The notes below the pieces were generated by a model, which was not told the origin of the DNA, ran no database searches, and was given only the letters and a program-made list of their open reading frames with translations. From Minisyncoccota bacterium (lineage in GTDB: Bacteria; Patescibacteriota; Minisyncoccia; Phycocordibacterales; WO2-35-19), in assembly GCA_036517255.1 (NCBI GenBank), contig DATDXE010000015.1:14568-78567 (forward strand): DNA of 64,000 nt, given 5' to 3'. Both the position numbers and the translations under genes were made by a program. Shown piece after piece: positions 29,140 to 36,591 of this stretch. Position 1 is the stretch's first letter. Every line of letters starts with the position of its first letter.

Positions 29140-29201
29140 TTGACTTAAAGAACTACGGCATTATAGTACAGAAAGAACGATTACACATTCTAGAGAAAGG
29201 A
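29140..29201 (+). promoter_or_regulatory. cassette D promoter and Shine-Dalgarno
   Basis: TTGACT(29140)-16 nt-TATAGT(29162); AAAGGA at 29196-29201, ATG at 29211. Confidence 0.6.
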
Positions 29202-29210
29202 ATAGGTCGA

Positions 29211-29735
29211 ATGGAGCAAGTACCACGCGTAGAAAAGACCAAAGATGGACTTCTGGTCATCCGGCTCCATGAAGTGCTGGTAGACCGAAGTCTTAGTTTC
29301 GAGGAAGCTGTGAGGCTCGGAGCTCCTGGCACAGGAGAGAACTCCTTCGTCTTCTTGTGCGAAGGCCAGTATTCACGAATGAATCAGAGTGAAATCAGGG
29401 AAGCCAGTTTTAGCGATATTTCCCTGCTGTCATTTAGAAGACGTTGGAAAAATAGTGAAGGCATCGAACACCTTGAATCAATCGGGCACAAAGGTGCTTC
29501 GCCCCAAGAAGTTTTGGCCATCGGGGGAAATTTCCCTCGATTAAACCAGAGCATGAGTAATTACGCTCCCCCATCGATGTATGTGACCAGTGTACGTGGT
29601 TGCTTCATCGGTATTCGGAGATGTTTTTTCTGTCTTGCATTCGGAGCAGAGCAGCCGATAGCAGGTCTGACTTCTTCATACGCCGGATGGCATCGAGCCG
29701 ACGAATGGCTCGCAGTCATTGGTAACGTAGAATAG
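29211..29735 (+). CDS. hypothetical protein (cassette D)
   Basis: 174 aa; the VDRSLSFEEAV..ASPQEVLAIG..W..WLAV pattern recalls an uncharacterised family I associate with CPR genomes; start set from the promoter and SD. Confidence 0.65.
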   Translation: MEQVPRVEKTKDGLLVIRLHEVLVDRSLSFEEAVRLGAPGTGENSFVFLCEGQYSRMNQSEIREASFSDISLLSFRRRWKNSEGIEHLESIGHKGASPQEVLAIGGNFPRLNQSMSNYAPPSMYVTSVRGCFIGIRRCFFCLAFGAEQPIAGLTSSYAGWHRADEWLAVIGNVE

Positions 29736-29736
29736 C

Positions 29737-29790
29737 CTCCGCTTCTTGGTAAATTCCTTCTGGGAAATACAAGAAGCGGAGCGTTTGTTT
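29737..29790 (+). terminator. long terminator hairpin of cassette D
   Basis: CTCCGCTTCTTG..CAAGAAGCGGAG followed by CGTTTGTTT. Confidence 0.7.
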
Positions 29791-30052
29791 ATTTAATATT
29801 TTTATTAAAATACTCCTTCAGCATCATCTTTAAAGACGATTTTCCTTTATCTGTTTTGAAATATTTTTCCCTTCTTTTAGCGTCAGTTATATTTTTGTAA
29901 GCCTCGTAAAAAATTAGATCAAGAGGTCTTCGTGGCTTAGTAGAAGGAACCTCTCCTTTTTCATGTTCTTCAAATCTTCTTTTCAAATTCTCTGAATAGC
30001 CTATGTATAACTTTTTATCTTTTAGACTTCGTAAAATATAGACGTAGTACAT
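29789..30052 (-). CDS. GIY-YIG nuclease family protein
   Basis: YYVYILRS..KLYIGYS..RRFEEH; REKYFK. Confidence 0.9.
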   Translation of the reverse strand: MYYVYILRSLKDKKLYIGYSENLKRRFEEHEKGEVPSTKPRRPLDLIFYEAYKNITDAKRREKYFKTDKGKSSLKMMLKEYFNKNIK

Positions 30053-30137
30053 GTGGTGCACATGCACCATGTGAGGTGCATGGCTACCATAAACCTACTT
30101 CGGTTTTCTGGCAAAGCCATAAACCCTACGTGGTTTA

Positions 30138-30213
30138 TGGTGCGCGCACTAGGATTTGAACCTAGGACCTTTCCAGTATCAGTGGAATGCTCTACCAACT
30201 GAGCTATACGCGC
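30138..30213 (-). tRNA. tRNA-Ile(GAT)
   Basis: Cloverleaf: GCGCGTA acceptor stem, TTCCA-CTGATAC-TGGAA anticodon arm, GTTCAAATC T loop, encoded CCA. Confidence 0.95.
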
Positions 30214-30329
30214 GAATTTTTCCCAAGAGCGAAGCGATTGGTTGAAAAATTCAGCGTCCAGTTGTATTCAACTGGGAAGAATTTTCCGCTTTTGGTGGGC
30301 TTAAAAAATCTAACATAAAATTTTATAAA

Positions 30330-30374
30330 AGTTAAATCCCGTGAGAGAGGCTTGTAAGCCTACATCTCACGGGA
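30330..30374 (-). terminator. terminator of cassette E
   Basis: TCCCGTGAGA..TCTCACGGGA inverted repeat (30337-30374) followed on the minus strand by TTTAACTTTT; second hairpin at 30376-30413. Confidence 0.65.
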
Positions 30375-30413
30375 CGAGTGTCATCCCTAATAACCCCCCA
30401 AGGATGGGCACTC

Positions 30414-30740
30414 TTATCGGATACTGCGTGCGGCAGGCTTCTTGCCCGCAAGAGCCCGGCTCACCGCAGCCATACTTCTGTCGAAATTGGGGGGCTTTGG
30501 AGCATACTCAAACGCTCCATAAACTGGCGGTTTCGCCCTGGGCGTCTTCATAGCCAGCTCGTACTTCTTAGCTGACCTGAAGTCAGCTTTGATAGTAGGC
30601 CCAGCGACAAAAGCAACCAAAGCAACCACAACCGCCAAAGTCCCTAACGAAACCAGGCCGCTCACGGTGGGCGTGGCATCAAACATAGCCACAACCAACA
30701 CAAGAAAAACCATAGCAAGAATTCTAAGAAATTTTCCCAT
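30414..30740 (-). CDS. orphan membrane protein, two TM helices plus a basic tail (cassette E)
   Basis: 108-aa ORF with its own promoter, SD and terminator. Confidence 0.7.
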   Translation of the reverse strand: MGKFLRILAMVFLVLVVAMFDATPTVSGLVSLGTLAVVVALVAFVAGPTIKADFRSAKKYELAMKTPRAKPPVYGAFEYAPKPPNFDRSMAAVSRALAGKKPAARSIR

Positions 30741-30750
30741 AGCGAGAAAA

Positions 30751-30793
30751 TCCTCCTGCCCTGTATTATATCATAATCTACTATTAAATGCAA
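30751..30793 (-). promoter_or_regulatory. cassette E promoter and Shine-Dalgarno
   Basis: TTGCAT(30793)-17 nt-TATAAT(30770, preceded by TGn); AGGAGGA at 30757-30751, ATG at 30740. Confidence 0.8.
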
Positions 30794-30807
30794 GTAAAAA
30801 TTTAGAC

Positions 30808-30842
30808 AGCAAAAAAGCCCTTATTTTAAGGGCTTTTTTGCT
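30808..30842. terminator. bidirectional terminator downstream of the 16S rRNA gene
   Basis: AGCAAAAAAGCCCTTA-TTT-TAAGGGCTTTTTTGCT. Confidence 0.8.
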
Positions 30843-30916
30843 CGCCGGTTGGCGAAATAATATTCTTTGTTTTGTTCCGTCCTACTATTTAGTTTTCTGC
30901 TGTCTTTCCAGCTGCC

Positions 30917-30953
30917 ACCCGCCTGTAACGCTATGCTTAGCATTGCGGGCAGG
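30917..30953. repeat. palindromic REP-like element
   Basis: CCCGCCTGTAACGCTATGCTTAGCATTGCGGGCAGG imperfect inverted repeat. Confidence 0.6.
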
Positions 30954-31187
30954 TACCATTTTAAGTTGTGATCAAACTATTGCGCACTCGATCGAGTTGC
31001 ACAATATCGACTGTCATTCCTTTCCTCCGACATAAGTCAGAGAAGAGGAAATTTTCACCTTGAAATATTCCACGAGCAGCTTCCGCTACCCGTGCCTTGT
31101 TACGACTTACTCCCTGTCATTGAGCTTACCTTAGTCCCACTTGCGTGAGCCTTTGGGTACTCCCAACTCCCTTGAGTTGACGGGCGG

Positions 31188-32072
31188 ATTGTGATTTTCT
31201 CACATCCCCTGAAGTATTTAATATAAATACTTCACCATACTGCTTCCCATCATTTCACAGTTTTGGACGTAGCGAGCAGATTTCCTGCACTACGCGAGCC
31301 CGATAGTTTTCAAATTCATTTTTGCTTTTAGCTTCCTGATTCTCTCTAAACCATCTTTAGTAAGATGATCTTTTGATTGAACTAGTTTGGCTACTTTACA
31401 AAATAATTCAAAATTTTTCTGTTTAGAAAAACTCTGAAGAGGATATTGTTTGAAAAATGGGATCAATATTTTAAGAACATCTGAATATGAACTTATGCTG
31501 TATCTATAGCATTGAGCATGGTTAACTCTCTGCTCTTTTTGAAAATACACAGCTCCACATTTCAGAGTATTCTTAACTTTTTCCAGAAGGAATCTATCTT
31601 TCTCCTGCATTTTTATATGAAAATGCAATTGAACATTAAACCCCATTCTGTAGAGAGAAGATTTTCTTACATTTACGTAAAAACATCCTTCTCCATCCGT
31701 TAATCCTACAATATACTCATTTGAAACTATCGGTTTTGTCCTTTCCACACATATTTAATATTATTGTTTTAATTATAACATTAAGTTGACGCATGGTACT
31801 ACGACTCAGCTGACTCCCAGCACTAATTTAGTGCTGGGTCTCCCAGGGTCATTTATAACTCCTTTCCAAACATCCCAACGAAGATTTTTGTTCGTGCTTC
31901 CTTCAGACTCACCGCAGAAGTCGCACATCTCTTTTTTGATCGGGCTACCTTTCGCTACTAGGATCCTTCGGTCCTCACATTACTGTAGGGGACCTACCCG
32001 TTCGCTAAATTGCTTTCGCAACTATCAGACTTTAACTGATTGGATTTATAAACTGCCTGGCGCCTTTAATTT
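31188..32072 (-). mobile_element. 885-nt group IIC-like intron in the 16S rRNA gene (near E. coli position 1398)
   Basis: Interrupts CTTGTACTCA|CCGCCCGTC; IIC-like motifs GGCGCCAGGCA, TCTGAAGGAAGC, ACCCTGGGAGA, AGTCAGCTGAGTCGTAGTACC; domain V-like hairpin; ends in AAT. Confidence 0.8.
31290..31748 (-). CDS. intron-encoded single-motif LAGLIDADG homing endonuclease
   Basis: YIVGLTDGEGCF; IPFFKQYPL; HLTKDGLERI. Confidence 0.92.
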   Translation of the reverse strand: MERTKPIVSNEYIVGLTDGEGCFYVNVRKSSLYRMGFNVQLHFHIKMQEKDRFLLEKVKNTLKCGAVYFQKEQRVNHAQCYRYSISSYSDVLKILIPFFKQYPLQSFSKQKNFELFCKVAKLVQSKDHLTKDGLERIRKLKAKMNLKTIGLA

Positions 32073-32306
32073 TGAGTACAAGACTTGAGAACGTATTCAC
32101 CGCGGTATAGCTGACCCGCGATTACTAGCGATTCCAACTTCATGGGGTCGAGTTTCAGCCCCCAATCCGAACTGGCGCCACTTTTCTTAGGATTAGCTCA
32201 GTCTTGCGACGTCGCGACCCGTTGTAGTGGCGATTGTATTATGCGTGTAGCCCAAGGCGTCAGAGGGACATGCTGACCTGGCGTCATCCTCGCTTCCTCC
32301 CAGCAC

Positions 32307-32433
32307 GAAGTGAACGAAGTTCACTTCAAGTAAAAAGTTCATAAAGTTATAAAGTTTTTAAAGTAAGGAAAATTCTTACTTTATAACTTTACAAACTTTC
32401 AACTCCTTAACTCGAAGTGCGTTCACGCACTTT
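32307..32433 (-). other. 127-nt structured intervening sequence in the loop of 16S helix 40
   Basis: Closed by CCCAGCAC/GTGCTGGG; three hairpins, the middle one made of AAAGTT tandem repeats. Confidence 0.8.
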
Positions 32434-33724
32434 GTGCTGGGCAGTCTCGGCTGACACTTGTAACAGCCAACGAGGGTTGCGTTCGTTACCCCACTTAAGG
32501 GAACAACTCAAATCACGAACTGACGACGGCCATGCATCACCTGTTCAAGTGTTCTTGCGAACGTTTACATTTCTGTATTCTTCACTTGAATTTCTAGCCT
32601 TGGTAAGGTTTTTCGTTTGTTGTCGAATTGAACCGCATAATCCACCGCTTGTGCAAGTCCCCGTCTATTCCTTTGAGTTTTAAGCTTGCGCTCGTACTAC
32701 CCAGGCGCCTCTCTTAACGCGTTAGCTTCGCCTCCCAGAGGGTCGATACTCCGGAAAGCTAGAGAGGAACGTTTAGGGCGTAGACTACGCGGGTATCTAA
32801 TCCGCTTCGCTACCTACGCTTTCGTGTTTCAGTGTCAGGAGTGCGCCAGTGAATTGCCTTCGCTTTTGGTGTTCCCCATGATATCAACGGATTTCACCCC
32901 TACTCCATGAGTTCCATTCACCCCTCGCATCCTCAAGCTCTGCCGTTTCTTTCGCATTTCTCCAATTAGGTCGGAGTCTTTAACGAAAGACTAACAGTGC
33001 CACCTACACACCCTTTACGCCCAGTGATTCCGGATAACGCTTGGGGCCTCTGTATTACCGCTCCTGCTGGCACAGAGTTTGGAGCCCCTTATTCATGAGG
33101 TACTATCGTCCCGAAGGATTTCTCCCTCATAAAAGACCTTTACGTCCCGAAGGACTTCATCAGTCACGCGGCGTCGCTCGATCAGGCTTTCGCCCATTGT
33201 CGAATATTCTCGGCTGCAGCCACCCGTAGGTGTATGGACCGTTTCTCAGTTCCATCGGTGGGGGTCAGCCTCTCAGCTCCCCTAAGCGTCATAGCCTTGG
33301 TAAGCCATTACCTTACCAACTAGCTGATACTCCGCAGGCTCTTCCTTAAGCGTCTTGCGACTTTACTCTTACGAGACTATTTGGGATTACCTCCTCTTTC
33401 GAGAAGCTATACCAAACTTAAGGGAAGATACCTACGTGTTACTACCTCGTCTGCCGGTACCTCGGTCTTGCGACCTCGGCCCCTTGACTTGCATGCCTTA
33501 TCCACGCCGCCAGCGTTCATCCTGAGCTAGGATCAAACTCTAAATATAATTAGACGGAACAAAACGAAGAATACTATATCCTGTCATTTCATATTTTCTA
33601 ATTTTTCAGTTTGATCTTCTAACTCAAAAAATCATTGTTTGTGTGTACTTATTTTATTACTCAAAGAAATATAGACTAGGACTTACATCTCAATCTTATA
33701 TATTTCTTATTTCAAGTATGAAAA

Positions 33725-33796
33725 TGTCAAAGACCAATCAAAACTCCCCACGAAGGAGAGCAGGGTAAAGTATAAGGATAAAAATAGGCCTGTCAA
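33725..33796 (-). promoter_or_regulatory. rRNA promoter and boxA-like element
   Basis: TTGACA(33796)-16 nt-TATACT(33774); TGGTCTTTGACA boxA-like at 33736-33725. Confidence 0.7.
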
Positions 33797-34395
33797 ATAG
33801 TGATTCCAGCCCTCCCTCTCGAGAGAGCCCTGTATACAAATATGGAAGAAAACGTGGTAACCGGCACCGATACGAGTAGGCCAATCCCTAATGCTAAGAA
33901 ACCTAGGAAGTTAAGTACCCCAACTACGATCCAAAACAAAAGAAGACTCCAGAAATTACCCTCGGTGATAGCCCAACTCTCTTTCATAGAAGCAATTATG
34001 CCCATATTTGTATCGACAAGGATAAGAGGAGCAAAAGAAAACCTTACAGCCCACAAAATACCCGGCAAGATAAGAAGTAAGAGGCCAACAAAAACTATGA
34101 CCGGAAAAAGAATAGAGATTCCTAGATATTTCCAAAATAAAGGATAGCTCCTGAAAATATCACTGAATTTAGGTTTGTCATTGTCAGTTATACGGAGAAA
34201 AATTTTGCTATAACCGATGCGTATCACGATTAAAAGTATCGCCGCTAAAATTCCGAAGAGTGATTTGAAAAGCCCTTTCCCTCCTCCAGAAACAGCTCCT
34301 ACTGCTAGCATAAGCAAAGTGGAGAGAACAGAAAGATGCATATTCTCTTTCATCCTTGCCCAACCATATTTGACAGACTCAGAAATCGAAAACAT
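33793..34395 (-). CDS. integral membrane protein (DUF975/YciC-like)
   Basis: Multiple TM segments; LLLILPGI, SMKESWAITEGNFW; TATAAT 6 nt before ATG 34395. Confidence 0.75.
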   Translation of the reverse strand: MFSISESVKYGWARMKENMHLSVLSTLLMLAVGAVSGGGKGLFKSLFGILAAILLIVIRIGYSKIFLRITDNDKPKFSDIFRSYPLFWKYLGISILFPVIVFVGLLLLILPGILWAVRFSFAPLILVDTNMGIIASMKESWAITEGNFWSLLLFWIVVGVLNFLGFLALGIGLLVSVPVTTFSSIFVYRALSRGRAGITI

Positions 34396-34402
34396 GAGTT
34401 TA

Positions 34403-35308
34403 TTATACTTTATTCCTCCACTTCTGAATAGTAACAAGTAATGGTGAACCGAAAAAGATGGATGAGTAGGTACCGGCGATGATACCGATGCCCATAGTAA
34501 GAGCAAAATGCTTGGTAGCTTCAGGTCCAAAGAAATAGAGAACAACAATAGCAAGAAGGGTGGTAACGGAGGTATTTATAGAGCGAGTGAATGTTTCCGA
34601 AATACTTCTGCCTACAATTGCTTCAAACTCTTCCTTACCTCCCCTATCATTACTTATTTTCAAATTTTCCCTAACCCGATCAAATACTACGATAGTATCG
34701 TGAATAGAAAAGCCTAGGATAACAAGAAGGGCTGTCACGAAAAGAGTATCGACTTCGAACCCTTGAAAGTGGCCTAAAATGGCGAATATCCCTGTAGGAA
34801 TAATGACATCGTGAGCGAGAGCGACTAGTGCCACTCCTCCATAAACCCAAGAGCTGATCGGTTTGGAAACCTTCCTGAAGGCAAAAGTGATAAATAAGAT
34901 AATAGCCACTAAAACCAATATGATGGATAGGTAAGATTTGTTGATAGCTTCTATACCGAGAACTGGCCCGACCGTATTAAATTCTTTCTCGATAGGCACA
35001 TACTTACCTTCAATGCTAAGAAGTGCCATGACACCAGCTTTTCTGGACTGATCGATTTCCTTTGTTCTGATGATAAAGGAGTCATCACCAGCATTCCTCA
35101 CAGAAATACCTCCAAGGTCAAGTACAGAAAGGGCATCATTCACTTCTCCCACAGTGGGGGTGGCTCCTTCGTAAGAAACGTTGAGCAAACTACCACCAGT
35201 AAAATCAATACCGGGCTTTAATCCATAAGCTGAAATAGCCCAAATTGAAATAGCGAAAAGTAAGGCCGAGAAACAATAAAATATTTTTCTATATTTGATG
35301 ATTTTCAT
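34403..35308 (-). CDS. secF: protein translocase subunit SecF
   Basis: GIDFTGGS; LGFSIHDTIVVFDRVRE; TRSINTS. Confidence 0.95.
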   Translation of the reverse strand: MKIIKYRKIFYCFSALLFAISIWAISAYGLKPGIDFTGGSLLNVSYEGATPTVGEVNDALSVLDLGGISVRNAGDDSFIIRTKEIDQSRKAGVMALLSIEGKYVPIEKEFNTVGPVLGIEAINKSYLSIILVLVAIILFITFAFRKVSKPISSWVYGGVALVALAHDVIIPTGIFAILGHFQGFEVDTLFVTALLVILGFSIHDTIVVFDRVRENLKISNDRGGKEEFEAIVGRSISETFTRSINTSVTTLLAIVVLYFFGPEATKHFALTMGIGIIAGTYSSIFFGSPLLVTIQKWRNKV

Positions 35309-35309
35309 A

Positions 35310-36581
35310 TTATTTTTTATCTGATTGCATGGCGAACAATATGGTGCGTGAAGCTGTAATAGCGGAGAACATAGAAACAAGGACGCCTATGAGAAATACT
35401 AAAGCAAAGCCTTTCACGACTGGCGTAGAGGCTAGGTAGAAAAGAATAAGAGCCGTTATTATACTCGAAAGATTCGAATCACGAATCGATGTCCAAGCTC
35501 TTTTAAAACCTTCACTCAAGGCATCAACTTTATTTTTACCTTTTTTAAACTCCTCTTTTGTTCTTTCAAATATTAGAATATTGGCATCGACCGCCATTCC
35601 GATTGATAATATAAAGCCAGCAATACCGGCAGCAGTCAAAGTAACCGACATCAATTTGAACAAGGCCAGGTTGATAACGGTATAGATAATGAGAGCAACG
35701 ACAGACACAAGTCCCGGACCTCTATACCAACCTATGAGGAAAATGGCGATAATAATAAAGGAATACAGTCCGGCCTTTAAGCTGTCAGCCACGGCTTGCT
35801 GACCCAAAGTAGCTCCTATTGACTGAGTACTTATAAGTTCGACAGGCACAGGTAATGCACCGTAGTTCAAATCACGCACTACCTGTTTCGCTTCCTCAGC
35901 AGTAAAGTCACCAGTTATCACTGCTTCGCCTGAAGGTATTTCTTCACGGATATAAGGGGCTTGAATCAACAGCCCATCCAGGAAAATGCCCATGATGCGA
36001 CCAATATTATTTTTTGTTATTTCTGCAAAAAGATTTTTACCTTCAGTATTAAATTGTAAGCCAATAATCGGTTGGGTTGGAAAATTTGGATCAAACTGAA
36101 TGGTGGCTTTCTGCAATTTACCACCATCGAGACCTGTAGCGATGAAAACATCCTCAGGGACTACGCCATCACCTACCGAAGACAGATCAAAATCAGGCTT
36201 CATGAGCATAAACTCCAGTGTGGGAGTTTTGCCGATTTGGTCTATAGCTTCTTGCACATTAGTAACCCCGGGCAATTCAACAATAAGCCTATTCTGCCCC
36301 TCTCCCCCAATGCCACTAGTTTCTACTTGTACTAGAGGCTCTGACACGCCAAAAAGGTTCACCCTTCTCTCAATAGCATTCCTTAGAGCTTCCATAGAAT
36401 CATCGATTTCACCGGAAGCAACTTTAGAAGTATCAGCTCGATATATAAGCTGTGTCCCTCCGGACAAATCTAGCCCAAGTTTAAATTTATTTTCACCAGT
36501 CTTCTCGCCATTCCAAATCCAAAGCCCCATGACGATCGAAGCGAAAATTATGAGTATTGCCCAAAATCTGTATTTAGCCAT
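35310..36581 (-). CDS. secD: protein translocase subunit SecD
   Basis: LGLDLSGG; GVSEP; IGMAVDANILIFER. Confidence 0.95.
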   Translation of the reverse strand: MAKYRFWAILIIFASIVMGLWIWNGEKTGENKFKLGLDLSGGTQLIYRADTSKVASGEIDDSMEALRNAIERRVNLFGVSEPLVQVETSGIGGEGQNRLIVELPGVTNVQEAIDQIGKTPTLEFMLMKPDFDLSSVGDGVVPEDVFIATGLDGGKLQKATIQFDPNFPTQPIIGLQFNTEGKNLFAEITKNNIGRIMGIFLDGLLIQAPYIREEIPSGEAVITGDFTAEEAKQVVRDLNYGALPVPVELISTQSIGATLGQQAVADSLKAGLYSFIIIAIFLIGWYRGPGLVSVVALIIYTVINLALFKLMSVTLTAAGIAGFILSIGMAVDANILIFERTKEEFKKGKNKVDALSEGFKRAWTSIRDSNLSSIITALILFYLASTPVVKGFALVFLIGVLVSMFSAITASRTILFAMQSDKK

Positions 36582-36591
36582 TTATTTATAT

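Larger units (their letters stand above)
30963..33548 (-). rRNA. rrs: 16S rRNA gene with internal insertions; 3' end ambiguous (about 31060 or about 30963)
   Basis: AGAGTTTGATCCTAGCTCAG at 33541, GTGCCAGCAGGAGCGGTAA, ATTAGATACCC, AAACTCAAAGGAATAGACGG and AAGTCGTAACAAGG on the minus strand. Confidence 0.97.

Noticed and set aside
29112-29210. Longer N-terminal extensions of cassette D (and of A from 8833)
   Set aside because: The extensions run through the predicted promoter and SD, so the downstream ATGs are the better starts.
30589-31035. 148-aa plus-strand ORF
   Set aside because: Runs antisense across cassette E, its promoter, a terminator and the 16S trailer; no coding signal.
31188-32072. 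Group I intron assignment suggested by the LAGLIDADG ORF
   Set aside because: The junctions do not give an exon-terminal U and intron-terminal G, and several group IIC-like motifs are present instead.
31786-33229. Plus-strand ORFs of 62-100 aa inside the rRNA region
   Set aside because: Antisense shadows of the 16S rRNA and intron RNA.
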